Of a DNA stretch of 64,000 nucleotides, positions 1-12,700 are shown in pieces; within the stretch, counting starts at the first letter, position 1; every line of letters begins with the position of its first letter. The stretch spans positions 5,056,001 to 5,120,000 of the forward strand of contig CM000154.2 in assembly GCA_000004695.1 (NCBI GenBank). Reading direction: 5' to 3'. The notes under the pieces were generated by a model. That model ran no database searches. It was given only the letters and a program-made list of their open reading frames with translations, and was not told the origin of the DNA. The stretch comes from Dictyostelium discoideum (Eukaryota). A program made the translations under genes and the position numbers.

Positions 1-6
1 AAAAGA

Positions 7-1020
7 ATGGATCCAGAATCATTTGGTTTAGATAAAACAGCTATTGAAATTTGTAATAGTTATATGCCAGTATTAGATATTGAACCAAGATTAATTAGAG
101 AAGGTTTTAAATCATTATATGATATTCAAAAGAAACATATTAGTAAAACCAAACAATATCAATTAAATAAAGAGAATGGTGATAGTTTAATGGATGTTCA
201 TTTCTTTTATCCAAGTGGTTATGAACAAAATCCAGTCGACCATAAATATAAAGCAATATTTTATATTCACGGTGGTGGTTTTATGGTTGACGGTATTAAA
301 AAATTACCAAGAGAAATTAGTGATAGAACAAATTCAATTTTAATTTATCCAGATTATGGATTAACACCAGAGTTTAAATATCCATTAGGTTTAAAACAAT
401 GCTACCAATTATTCACAGATATAATGAATGGCAATTTCAACCCATTCAATGATTTAATCAATGATTCAATTTCAATAGTTGGTGAGAGTTCAGGTGGAAA
501 TTTCGCACTTTCTCTACCATTAATGTTAAAATTAAATAATTCAACATTTTTTAAGAAAATTTCAAAAGTTTTAGTATACTATCCAATTACAGATTGCAAT
601 TTTGAAACACCATCCTATAATAGATTCTCAGAGAAATTCTATTTAACAAAGGAAGGTATGAAATGGTGTTGGAATCATTATACAAATAATGATTCCGAGA
701 GGGATGAAATCACTTGTTGTCCATTGAAAGCCACAATCGATCAATTAAAAGATTTTCCAGAAACTTTGGTTATCACTGCTGAAACCGATGTCTTAAGTTC
801 TGAAGGTGAACAATTTGGTTTAAAATTATCAAATGCAAATGTTAAAGTTTCAGTTTTAAGAATTTTAAAAACAATTCATGGTTTCGTTTCACTTGACCAA
901 ACAAATGATAGTATCGCTTGTAGAGTTGGTATGGATTTATCGATGAACTTTTTAAATAATATCTCAAATAATTCAATTATTAATGAAAATAATAATAAAA
1001 CTTTATTAAAATTACTTTAA
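7..1020 (+). CDS. alpha/beta-hydrolase fold-3 esterase/lipase (arylacetamide deacetylase / hormone-sensitive-lipase-like)
   Basis: Single 337-aa ORF. Contains the HGGGF oxyanion-hole motif, the GESSGG nucleophile elbow (GxSxG) and a C-terminal TIHGF catalytic His motif, which together define the Abhydrolase_3 family. The ATG sits at the window edge, so an upstream exon cannot be excluded. Confidence 0.8.
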   Translation: MDPESFGLDKTAIEICNSYMPVLDIEPRLIREGFKSLYDIQKKHISKTKQYQLNKENGDSLMDVHFFYPSGYEQNPVDHKYKAIFYIHGGGFMVDGIKKLPREISDRTNSILIYPDYGLTPEFKYPLGLKQCYQLFTDIMNGNFNPFNDLINDSISIVGESSGGNFALSLPLMLKLNNSTFFKKISKVLVYYPITDCNFETPSYNRFSEKFYLTKEGMKWCWNHYTNNDSERDEITCCPLKATIDQLKDFPETLVITAETDVLSSEGEQFGLKLSNANVKVSVLRILKTIHGFVSLDQTNDSIACRVGMDLSMNFLNNISNNSIINENNNKTLLKLL

Positions 1021-1120
1021 AAAATAAATAAATAAATAAAAATATATATTTTAAAATAAATAAATATTTATATATTATACAATGATATTACTTGTTTATT
1101 TAAATAAAAATGATACTATT

Positions 1121-1960
1121 TTAAATAATAATAATAATTATTATTATATAATTTGTAATTGTACCAGTTCTCCATTCATTATTAATACATGGATTACCAC
1201 CACGATCTCTGTCATAATAGTCACAAGTGTTTCTATTGCATTGAGAATCAGTACTACATGGTACTTTAACTGAGAATTCGATTGGGTTATGATAACAACC
1301 ATATAACATTGAGCAAAAATCAGCTGTACAAGGGTCTTTATTTAAAATTAAATTTTAATGTTAGAAAAAATAATTTAAAATATTAAATTTAAAATTCTTA
1401 ATTAAAAATACTTACTATTATCATCACAATTCATTGGGGTTATATTCACATCCTTTTTCACCACAAGTATCAAGTGAACATGCATCATAATCTGAACAAC
1501 GAGTTTCATAATGATAACAATATCCACGGAAATCACAAAAATCAACTGTACAAGGATCTGGTTTTGTTTTTTTAAATTTATTTTTATTTTTAATAATTTT
1601 GAAAAAAATATTTAAATTTTAATAATAAAAATAAATTTACATACTATTATCGTTTCATTTTTGTTCACATGATTGAGTTGGTTCTGGTGGATTTACTGGT
1701 GCGTTGACACAACCATATGGACCACAACTATCAATTGTATTAAAATTTCCATCATTACCAGTATCAGCAATTTGATAACAACTTCCAGTATTTTCATCAC
1801 AATGATTGGTATGACAAATATCAACATTACTTTGTGGGCATATATATATATATATTTACTCGTTTCAAAACAACCAAACATTGGAGAACAACCAAAAATT
1901 TTACAATTTGTATTCATACTTGAACAATTTAATTTTTTATAATTATATAGTGGAGCACCT
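1121..1960 (-). CDS. cysteine-rich modular protein with three homologous Cys modules in three exon-like blocks (gene or pseudogene, structure unresolved)
   Basis: Minus-strand translation gives three blocks. Block 1 (about 1690-1917): MNTNCKIFGCSPMFGCFETS...NVDICHTNHCDENTGSCYQIADTGNDGNFNTIDSCGPYGCVNAPVNPPEPTQSCEQK. Block 2 (about 1440-1555): PDPCTVDFCDFRGYCYHYETRCSDYDACSLDTCGEKGCEYNPNEL. Block 3 (about 1160-1330): DPCTADFCSMLYGCYHNPIEFSVKVPCSTDSQCNRNTCDYYDRDRGGNPCINNEW. The blocks are separated by AT-rich intron-like spacers with GTAAGT/GTATGT donors. Blocks 1 and 2 each reach an in-frame stop just before their donor-like motif, and a (TA)9 tract at 1846-1864 breaks the frame in block 1, so exact exon joins could not be established. 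Confidence 0.3.
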
Positions 1961-2334
1961 TTTACAATTGTTATTGTTAAATAAATAATTAAAAATGTTA
2001 AATATAAAATTTTTGTCTTTTTTTTTTTATTAAATATTTTTTTTTTTATATTTTATTATAAAAATATACAAATATTGGAAATTATTTAATTAATTTAACA
2101 AAACTATTTTTTTTTTTTATAGGAAAGTTTTTTTTTTTTTTTATTTTTTTTAAATGTTTATTTTATTTATTATTGATTGATAGTTTTTAAATAAACATTT
2201 AATTTATTTATTATTGATTGCTAGTTTTTAAAAAAAAAAAATATATATATTTGTTTAAACTAGATGATGGATTCTATTTTTAGAGAAAATAATGAAAATT
2301 AAGGTGCTTTTTTTTTTTGATAATTAATTAATTT

Positions 2335-2368
<34 letters not shown>

Positions 2369-2539
2369 AATGTTTCTTTATTTTTATTTTTTTTATTTTA
2401 CTTTTTAAATATATTGAAAAAATAAAAGAGGTATACTATTTATAAATTAAACTAAACTTTTAAAAGAGATGATTATATAGATTTACATTTTTGAATATTT
2501 TTTTTTTTTTTTTTTTTTTTTTTCATAAAAATAATAAAC

Positions 2540-2590
2540 TTATTGTTCTTTTGAAAAATCTATATTTGAGTGTTGTTCTGGTTGTTCTGG

Positions 2591-2621
<31 letters not shown>

Positions 2622-3400
2622 AATTCAGTATCATTTGAAGAGTTAATACCTTTTTCTTTATTTTTTTCATCAATTGCTTGAGAGGTTTCAGTTTGAATTT
2701 GTTGAACTTCTTGTTTAATAAAAGTACCAAAACTTGAAACTTTATTTACGATTGGTGAAACTGTACTATTTTCTTCGGCTGCTTTCATTAAATTGGAAGC
2801 TTGTTGAGAGATCATATCACTTGCACTCTTAAAGAAACCTGAGATTTGGAATCTTTCATCGAGTGCATTTGCTCTCTCTACAACTGCACCCTTAATGGCA
2901 GCGGCACTCTCAGAAATGTGAAGGTTATTATCAATTTCATTTGCTTTTGCTTTGACAGCTTCAGCTCCAACTTTAAGTTTTAATGAAATCATATGTTCTT
3001 CATCAACTTGACGTGCTTTAATGGCAGCGTCTTGTCCAACACTATAACCTGCTGCAATAATTGATGCAACAACAGAGGTTTTACTTCTTTCATTATCTGG
3101 CACACTATGTTCTCTATTTACAATGTCTTCTTGTGGTTGACTAACATATTGTTGTTGTTGTGGTTGTTGTTCACCACTGAGATTATTAAATTGTTGTTGT
3201 TGAGAAAATTGTTGTGTTAAATCAAACTCTAATTCTGGTGTAAATTGAACAACTTGAATTACTTTATCTACAATTAATGCATTTGTTAATAATAAAGCTG
3301 TTTTTGCAGCTGAATCTGATTCAAATACTACTATTGCTTGTTGTGAACTACCAGTTGGGTCACTAAAAATAATAATAATAATAACAATAAAAAAATTAGT

Positions 3401-3432
<32 letters not shown>

Positions 3433-3585
3433 AAAAAAAAAAAAAAACGTTAGAAAAAAAGAGTAAGCTTACTTTCTTAAAAATAAATTAACAATTCTTC
3501 CACAAAATGAGAAAAAATCTGAAACTGTTTTAGTATTTGCTTTCAATGAAATATTTGAAACATAAACTGTGAAATCTGGATTCAT
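2540..3585 (-). CDS. Vip1-like RRM RNA-binding protein
   Basis: Two exons on the minus strand: 3473..3585 and 2540..3362. Exon 1 reads MNPDFTVYVSNISLKANTKTVSDFFSFCGRIVNLFLR; the segment ISDFFSFCG matches the RRM N-terminus of S. pombe Vip1. The donor is AA|GTAAGC at 3467-3472 (phase 2) and the acceptor is TTTTTAG at 3363-3364. Exon 2 stays in one frame through a Gln-rich region to the stop at 2540, giving 311 aa. Confidence 0.65.
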
Positions 3586-3749
3586 TATTTTATATTTATA
3601 TGTATATTAAAGAATGGGTTGTTGTTGTTATTGTTATTGTTGTTGTCGGATTTAGATATAATTTAAAATAGTAAATATATTGTGTAAGTGTGTGTTGTTT
3701 TGAGTTTTTATTAAAAAAAATAAAAAATAAAAAAAAAGGAAAATAAAAA

Positions 3750-3780
<31 letters not shown>

Positions 3781-3857
3781 GAAAAAAAATAAAAAAATAA
3801 AAAATTAAAAAAAATAATTAAATTAAATTAAATTAAATTTTGTAAACGTTTTCATTT

Positions 3858-4270
3858 AAAATAAAATAAAATAAAATAAAATAAAATAAAAATTGAACAC
3901 TAAAAAAAAATTTTAATTATTATAATAAAATCTTATTAATGTTTGGTTGGATGACGAATCAGTTTTAGGAACCTCAGAGGCTAAAAATTAAACTTACAAG
4001 AATAAAAAAGCTGTGAGTGAAAATACCCAAAATATTTTTTTTAATTTATTTAATGAACATTTGAAATAAAATAAAATAAAATAAAATAAAATAAAATAAA
4101 ATTAAACAAAAAAAAAAAAGTAAATTAATTATTATAATAAAAATACATAAAAAATTTTATTTATGTTGAGGATGAAGAATCAGTTTTTGGAACCTCAGAG
4201 GCTAAAAATGTATGGTCCATAACGAGAATGAAACAAGCTGCGAGTGTAATACCTAAAATATTTTAAAAAC
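3858..4270. repeat. tandem duplication (period about 222 bp) containing a conserved about 100-nt core (3941-4040 and 4163-4266)
   Basis: Both units start with (AAAAT)n, then show aligned blocks: gttggatgacgaatcagttttaggaacctcagaggctaaaaat versus gaggatgaagaatcagtttttggaacctcagaggctaaaaat, and gctgtgagtgaaaatacccaaaatatttt versus gctgcgagtgtaatacctaaaatatttt. Confidence 0.8.
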
Positions 4271-4315
4271 CAATATTAGTTTTTATTTTTTTATACATAT
4301 ATATATATTTTTATT

Positions 4316-5624
4316 TTATTTTATTTTTATTTTTTTTTTTAATGAAAACTTACCAACAGTAACTAATAAAGCAGCATAATTAATGCAAAGTTCTCTATCT
4401 TCATTTGGAATATTTTTTTGATGAAGAATTAAGTAAAATACATTAACATAAGAAGCACCACCTAAAAGACCACAATAAACCATGAGAATAAAGAGTACCC
4501 AAACAGAGGTGACCATTTTATATTTTGCTTGTATGATCCAAAAGACCATATTAATACCTTGAAGGATGGTGATAACACCAATATGTTTGATTTTAACGAA
4601 TTGAAGTGAAGAACGTGAGATTAATACACCCAATTGATAACAAAAACTAAAGATTGCAAATGCATTTGCAATGAAGAAATTATCATTGTTTGGATCCTTT
4701 TTCAAGGCAAGATCAGCACCACCTACACTTGCAACATATTCAAAGAAATAAACCAATGCTAAATTGACAGCATTGAACCAAACTAAACGTGCACAACGAA
4801 TATATCTTTGTTTTTTAGTTTCACCTGGTGGTGCAACTTCAGCACCACCACCATCATCTATATCTTCAATAAGTTGGTCCTTTTTAACCAATGATTGTTT
4901 CTCTGTATATTTGCTGTTATTGCTGCTATTGTTACTATTATTGTGGTTATCTGTTCTATCTTCTTCTAAATGATTTGGTACTTTTAAACCGAAAAAGAAT
5001 AAAAGGAAATAAACAGCAACAGTTGGTAACATCATATAAAAGATTGTTGAATTCGATAAACCTGCTGCAACCATTGCTATATAAAACAATGAACCACATA
5101 CACCTGCAATACCTGTACCACTTGACCAACCATTAACTAGCTCTGCAGGAAATTTCTTCATGTATGAGAGAATTACACTCTCACCAAATGAACTTGCAAT
5201 ACCAACAAATGCTATGGCTGCTATACAAAATCCAAAATTAACATATACTGATAATGCTACACCAATTAAACCAATTGACATAAATAAACAATTTACTACT
5301 ATCTTTAATTTCGAATTAACATTTTCAATTAAAAATGTATTAACCACTAAAAAATAAAAAAAAATAAAAATAATAATAATTATAAAAATTAATTTTATAT
5401 GTTTTTTTTTTTTATTTTTTTTTTTTAATAATAATACACTTACATCTTGAAACTAAACCAAATGCAATATTTGCCCAAAGAATAATTCCAATATTTTTAG
5501 AGTTGTGAAAATAAGCTGATAAGTTACCACTTGCTGCATTTACAACGCAATATGAAAAATTATTAATATTTCCCATAAAATGGAAACTAATCCAATTTCT
5601 AATAAATGTATAATCCTTTCCCAT
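4316..5624 (-). CDS. cln3: CLN3/battenin lysosomal membrane protein
   Basis: Two exons, 5444..5624 and 4316..5346. Exon 1 contains NNFSYCVVNAASGNL (human CLN3 has CNNFSYVVMLSAAHDIL). Exon 2 contains FPAELVNGWSSGTGIAGVCGSLFY (human has [20 protein letters not shown]) and multiple transmembrane segments. The donor is AGAT|GTAAGT (phase 1); the acceptor TTTTTTAG lets the split codon read TTG. Confidence 0.85.
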
Positions 5625-5760
5625 TTTGTTTATACTATTTAAATTAATAAATAAATAAATAATGAAAACAAATATATATATTTATCGTTTGTTGAATAGT
5701 ATTTTAAATTTTAATATTGATATTTTAAAAAAATAAAATAAAAAAAAAAAAAAAAAAAAA

Positions 5761-5775
5761 AAAAATTGTGGGGGG
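5761..5775. promoter_or_regulatory. G-rich box (ttgtgggggggc) in the divergent cln3 / 6119-gene intergenic region; candidate G-box-type element
   Basis: An isolated G7 run in otherwise more than 90% A+T DNA, about 140 bp upstream of the cln3 ATG. Dictyostelium GBF-responsive promoters use G-rich/GT-rich boxes. Inference only. Confidence 0.2.
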
Positions 5776-5884
5776 GCATAAATAATCAAAATAATAAATT
5801 TTTTTTTTTTGAAAAAAAAAAAAAAAAAAAACCAAAAAAAAAAAATTTATTTTAATTATTTTGGAAAATTCAAACTCTTTTTCT

Positions 5885-5927
<43 letters not shown>

Positions 5928-6118
5928 TTAAAAAAAAGATATATCTTGTAAAATTTGTATATATATATACTTAAAATAAAAAAAAAAAAAATAAAAAACT
6001 AAAAAAAAAAAAAATAATACATATAAAAAATTACAATAAAAAAAAAAGTAAAATTTTAAAAGGGGGTTGTCAATTTTTTTTTTTTATTTTTTTTATTTAT
6101 TTATTTTATTTTATTGTA

Positions 6119-6626
6119 ATGACAAGTAGTATAAGCAAAATTATAAATTCAATTAATAAAAAAAATGGAGAAGGAGGTATAATATATAGTATAAAGAGGT
6201 TTTTATCAATTATAGGATTTTGTTGTTGCTTTTTATGTACATTTGATAATGAAAGTCAAGATTATAGAGAGAATGAAATGAAGGAACCAATGACCAAAAT
6301 TCGATTAGGATTTCGTGGTAAAGATACATGGATCAATGCAGAGGGTGTAAATTTTCATCAAACTTTTGGAGTTTACTCTGTATTATTAGATGAAGACGAT
6401 CAAGTGATACCATTAACAAAGAATGGTGAATTATTTGAACCATTGGATACCTCTAAAAAATATAAAATCGTTGCAAATAGGTATGGTAGTTCAGAATCAA
6501 AATGGAAACAACATAAAAAAAAAGAAAAAGATACTGTTAAAAATTATTCCACATTAAAAAAGCAAAAAAAGAAAAAACAAATTGAATTTTTAAAACAATT
6601 TAATGAAAAATCACAACAACCTAATC

Positions 6627-6689
<63 letters not shown>

Positions 6690-6738
6690 TAAATCAACCA
6701 TTTGATCAACAACTTAACCAACAATTTGAACAACAACC

Positions 6739-6802
<64 letters not shown>

Positions 6803-6973
6803 CTACAACAACAACTTAGTACAGATATTGAAATTAATGATGAAATAACTTCCTATCCTATTGAAGTTGAAACTGTTAATAACAATGTAATAATACCGCA
6901 TACTATTGAAAATAATATAATTGTAAAAAATATTAAAAAAGATTTCACAAGCGATAATAAATTTTTTACATAA
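6119..6973 (+). CDS. hypothetical poly-Gln protein
   Basis: 284-aa ORF containing two long in-frame (CAA)n tracts, 6626-6690 and 6743-6810. The N-terminal region is not low-complexity (KIRLGFRGKDTWINAEGVNFHQTFGVYSVLLDEDDQVIPLTKNGELFEPLD). No homolog recognised. The true start may be internal. Confidence 0.45.
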
Positions 6974-7346
6974 AGTAAATTAAATTTATACTTAAATATA
7001 TATATAGAAAAAAAATAAAATTAAACATTTTAAATAGTTTTTTTTTATTTTATTTGAATTAGATTAGTTAAATTAGATTCATTAATTTTCAATATTTGAC
7101 ATAGCAAAAGTCATTTTTTCATATGAATTTTAAAAGAAACGCTAATTAATTTCTAATTTAAAAAATAATTAAAAAAATAAATCAATTTTAAAATAAAAAT
7201 TAAATAAAAAAAAAAAGAGAAACATATCTTACCAATAAAACAATGAAACCATTTATTAAATATTTTATTTATTTTATTTAATTTATTTATTTTGATATTT
7301 ATTTTGATATTTTTTTTATAATTTTTTTTTTTTAAATTTAATTTTT

Positions 7347-10300
7347 TTAATAATGATGTAATAAACCTAAAGATTCAGCAGCTTTCTTTCTAACAGCAGG
7401 TGATTTTTCAGCCAAAAGACCAACTAAAGATTTTGTAAGAATTGTAGAATTAATATTTGTTTGAGTTCTTTTATCTTCAGTTAAATTACCAAGAATGAAA
7501 CCAATAAAAGTAGCGGCATTACCTCTAAGGTTTACCCAAGTTGATTTAAAGAATTCAATTACAGTCATTACAAAGTAATTTACACGTTCTGGATAATTGA
7601 TGATTAGTAATTTTGAAAAGTCCAATAAGAATTCTTCATAGTTTGGTTGATCATTATCACCAACAAAACCTTTTGATTTATTATTGAAATAGTCCATAGC
7701 ATCTTGTGATCTCATTAAAGTTGATAATTGGAATAAAGTTTTCTTACAAGAGTTTTTAACCGATTGAACATCATCATTTAAATGCATAATGAGTGATGGT
7801 AAAGAACTATGAATTTGTTCATAGAATGGGTCACAAGCAGAACCAGAACCAAATCTCCAAAGTGAACCAAAGAGTTGGAATGAGGCGGCACGAATTGAAT
7901 CATTTGGTTTCTCAAAGGCTGGTCTAATACGATTACAAATATTGACAAGGATTGGTGCAACACGACCTTCATCAGCAACTTCAAATATTTTTGAAAGACC
8001 CAACATACATTCCATTGCCATAGTTTCATCTTGATCATCGATTGAAGTCGACAAAGCATCAATAACTGTTGGTGCATAACGATTGGTTTGTTCGACACCA
8101 GCACTAACAATATTTGAAAGACCTTTTAATGAAATTAATTTAACCAATGGATCAACCAATGAATTCAAAAGTGTATTAATTAATCTTTGAATGAGTTCTT
8201 TATCTTTACAATGATTAATTAGCTCAGTGGTTACAGAGATTGTAACAATACGATGTTCTAAATGATTTGAACGTTGATATGGTAATAGATATTGGAAAAT
8301 ACCTTGAATTAAATCTGGATGATGTGATGAAACCACCGATAGAATTTCAATGATACCTTGATGATAGAATGGTGTTTCCAATTGACTGAAACTACCTTTT
8401 GATTCAATCTCTGCCAATAGAGTTTCTTCCTCTTTTGTACATTTAAAGAATTGACGGAATGTTACCAACATTTGTTGTGATGGTATCAATGAAATGGCTG
8501 ATGCTTTTGCTTTTGGATTAGTTGATGCAACTTCAATTAGACATGGTAATGAATTATTACAAGTACCAGCACGTAATACCAATGTTGAAATCAATTGATG
8601 ATAAAAATATTTTACAACTTCTTCAACCTCTGTCAATTGGAAAATTTCACCCAATGAACAAGTTGCTGCCAATGCAATTGCAAATGGTTGTGGGATAATT
8701 CTATTCTTATTCTTTGGATCTGGTTTCTCTTCATAGACTGGTTTATTATTTAATAAATCCATTAAATGAATTAAAGTTGGACTAATTAAATTTTTATCTT
8801 TAGCAATGATTTGGAATGATTTAATAACATGAACACTATGTGGCATTGGGTATTCTAATAACACTGATAACACTGGAATTAAATGATGATTTGCTAAACT
8901 TCTCAATGAAACCAATGTACCATTCATTGTGGTTTCACTAGTGATACCCTCCATTGCAGTTAATAAACCTTTGACCAATATTGGTACATATTCAATTAAC
9001 TCTTCACCACGAGTTTTAATAAGGCCATTGATTATGATACAAGAACCATTGGTTGAGAATGCTTGTAAATCTTGTAAACCTTTAATTGAACCTTCCAAGA
9101 ATTTTGGAATCTCTTCAAGTGATATCATTTTTGAAATGATAACAGAGATTTCAAATACCAATGAGAATTGTTCATTCACTTCGGTCGTGGTAATACTATC
9201 ACGAATTGATGTTAATGGATGAAGTACTTCACTTGGTTTAACCCTACGATTATCAGGTGTTGCATTCTTTAACATGAAACCAATATAAAGAATCAATTGA
9301 ATAGATTCAACAGCATAACGACGAACATTAATCTCTGGATCAGTACAACGTGGAATCAATACTGATAAGGTTGTACCAATTGAATCGAATAGTTTATCAG
9401 TTGGCATTGAATCTGAATCGGTTGAATATTCAATAAACTTCTTTACCAAATAAAGTATACAAAATAATGAACGTTCACGAATATGAGCATCCTTTGAACG
9501 TGATAATGGATCTAAATAACCAATTAATCTATTTAAACAAGCGATGGTTGTTTGATTATAAAGTATAGTTGATAATAAATTATTAACAGATGTAATTAAT
9601 GAATTAACTTCTTTATACTCATCAGAATCTGTATTTGTAGCATTTGCTGGTGAAACTTGTTGATTAAAGAATGATAATGATAAATTAATGATTTGAACCT
9701 CTAATTCCAATGAAATCATTGGTTCTAAATTAACTAATGTTGAACAAGCATTTGTACCATCGATTTTAACTTGATTATTTGTTGATGGTGGTGGAGTACT
9801 CATATAACTAATTAAAAGTTTCATTAATTCATCACGTTGTTTGAATATAAAAGTTGAAGCTTTATTTGGATGTAAAGCTTTACCAATTAAATCAATCATT
9901 TTAATTGATGATAATTTCTTTGGTACTTTTTTCAATTGTAAAATCGATGGTTTGATTGGTTGAATTACATGAACCTCAACACGTGACGAAAACAATGCTG
10001 ATTGAGCATAGGTTGCTGAATAACCCAATGAAAGAAGTATACAATTTTTAATACCTTTTGGACCTTTCTTACCAAAGAAACCAGATTTCTTTACCATTGA
10101 ATTTTTAATATAGAAATTGATTTTCTCTAAAACGATATCAAAATGTGATGCGCCACAATAACCCAAACCAATTGCACAACCTTCATTCTCTAGAGAATTT
10201 GTATAATCCACCGATGTGAACATAACTTCAATTTTACTCTTTACAAATTCTTTATGTGAACATTTTTGCATAATTAAACCCATTTGTTTATAGAGTGATC

Positions 10301-11418
10301 TCTTTAATATTGGATCTTTTTTATAGTGATCGATTTGTTCAGACATTGAATTACCCAATGCAACTGTCCATTCATCATCGGCTGCATTTTTAATAGTTTC
10401 AGAGAGTAAACGAAGTACTAATTCTTCCCATTGATTTTTATTCCAAGTTTCAATATCGGTATGATCTTCGAGATAAGAGATTAACTTTGGTAATGTAACA
10501 TCCCACATATCACAAATGGATGGATGAAGGATTGGTCCAATTGCTTTCATATTTTCTAATATTCTAATTCCCAATTGATTACGACGTAATGGTGCTGTCA
10601 AAAGTACGAAATAACGAGCGATGATTTGAGTTGGTTTTGGTAAATTAATTTCCTTATCGAAATCGATATAATAATCATCGGAATCAACCGATTTCTTTGA
10701 GAGTGCAATATAGGTGAGTGATTTAGTTACCACTGGTATTGCTGCTGTGTATTGTTCAGGTAGGATGAATTCGAATAGGTATGGCCAAAGAATCGATTCC
10801 AATTGTGGCATTGTTGTGGTGATTAAATTTAAAATATTATCACAAATTAAACGTAATTCACTATCGGTTACATGTAAATCTGGATTTTCAATTTTCTTTG
10901 GTGGTTGTGTTGGTTGTGCTTTACCAATCTCACTATCTTGATACCAACTACTACCCTTTACAATGAATTCCAATAATGTTAAACCACCCTCCATTTCAAG
11001 ATAACCATAAGGTGCCATTGCAATGATAATTTGTGCCAAATATTTCTTTATGAATAATGATGGTTCAGTTTGAATCAATGGTTTAATTGCAGAGAGAATC
11101 AATGGTTTCTTATCGGCCAACTCTACATCTAAACGTGTTACAATATGACGAATAATTGATAATGATCCTGCTCTTGATCTAAGATCTCTATTCTCTAAAC
11201 GTTGATTTAAAAATGATATCAAAACATCTGAATATCCTCTACCAATAACTTCAAAACAACGTAAAACCTCATTATAAGTTTTAGTTGATGCTGGATTACT
11301 ATAATCTGGTACAATGCATACTAATGGATGTAATGTTGTCATAATTGGTATTAATAATTCATTAACTTGTAATTTTAAATCATTTTTAACACAAACTTCT
11401 AAAATACAACATAATGAC

Positions 11419-11450
<32 letters not shown>

Positions 11451-12700
11451 TAAATATAATAAAAAAAAAAAAAAAAAGAATTATTTGTTAATAAATTTAA
11501 TTTAATTTAAAAAAAAAATATAATTTTTTTTAAAAAAAAAAAAAAAAAACATACATGGGTAACTGGTAATAAATCTTTTTCTTTTTTTAACATTGATAAA
11601 ACACCAACTACTAATTTTTGAATTTGAGATTCTAATTGTTCAACTGAAAGAATTGAACAAATTGAACCAACTGCTTCAATGGTTACTAATCTAACTTTTT
11701 CATGATTTGTACCTAACCATTTTGAAAACATTAATTCAAGTGCTGGATAAAATTCAGAACTAAAACTATACAATGTTAATGATTTATCTGGTGCTGTATC
11801 AATATTTGCAACATATTGCACAATTGCATCTGCAAAATGACCTAATGCTGCTGCAAATACCCATTTAAAATTATCATGTTTAATTGTACCTAAAACTGGT
11901 AAAATACGTGATAAAATTTCTCTAATTTTTGGTACAGTTGGTATTGCTATTTTTTAAAAAAAATAAGAATAATGGTTAATATATAAATATATATTTATTT
12001 TGTTATTATTTTATTTTTATTTTGAAAAAAAAAAAAAACATACGATTTGAACTAATAAAATCACCTAAAGTTTTCATAACGAAATAATGTGGTAATGTAC
12101 CTGGTTCAAAACGTTTTAATAATTCATCCATAATTTGTGATGGATAACGTAAACCTAATGAAACCAATAATGATGATGCAACTTGTTGCCAATCTGGTAC
12201 AACTTCTTTATCTCTTGTCATCTCTGAAATTGACATTGCAATTAAATTTAGTGATAATGCATCTGTTAATTGATTTCTAGTTTGTTCTAAAATTTGTAAA
12301 ATACTATTTAAAATTTTAACCCTATGAGTTTGATCTATCTAAATACAAAAAAAAATATAAAAATAAAAAAATAAAAATAAAAATTGATTAGTTTTATTTT
12401 TATTTCACACACACACAAATAATCCTTTGGGAAAAAAAAAAAAAAAATTTTTTAAACAATAATTTAATCCAATTCAAAAAAAAAAAAAAAATAAACAATA
12501 ATTTAATTGATTACCTTTTGGTTCTTATTTATATAATCACATGCAACTTGTAAAACAAAATTTGGTTGTCTAAAACCAATTTCGTATAAACTATTTACAA
12601 CAGTACTTCTAACACTTTCATCACTGTCGCTTAATGATTGCAACAATGATGTGACAATATTATCCAAAACTGGAGAAATTTGTTGATTTTTTTTTGACAT
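7347..12700 (-). CDS. Maestro HEAT-like repeat protein (MROH1/HEATR7A homolog)
   Basis: Large minus-strand gene with proposed exons 12515..12700, about 12046..12300, about 11564..11949 and 7347..11412. The last exon is a continuous 1331-aa ORF, extended in frame upstream to an acceptor near 11413-11417. Upstream exons carry GTATGT donors at 12040-12045 and 11558-11563. The whole length is HEAT/armadillo-like helical repeats and the size is about 1.6 kb aa, typical of the MROH1 family. The exon 1 to exon 2 junction has a phase conflict (see findings). Confidence 0.7.

Noticed and set aside
5160-5357. 65-aa plus-strand ORF antisense within cln3 exon 2
   Set aside because: Antisense to a conserved CLN3 transmembrane segment. 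No independent support.
7778-8110. 110-aa ORF nested inside the HEAT-repeat gene, same strand but different frame
   Set aside because: Lies entirely within a long, well-supported coding exon in another frame. Composition is typical of an out-of-frame read.
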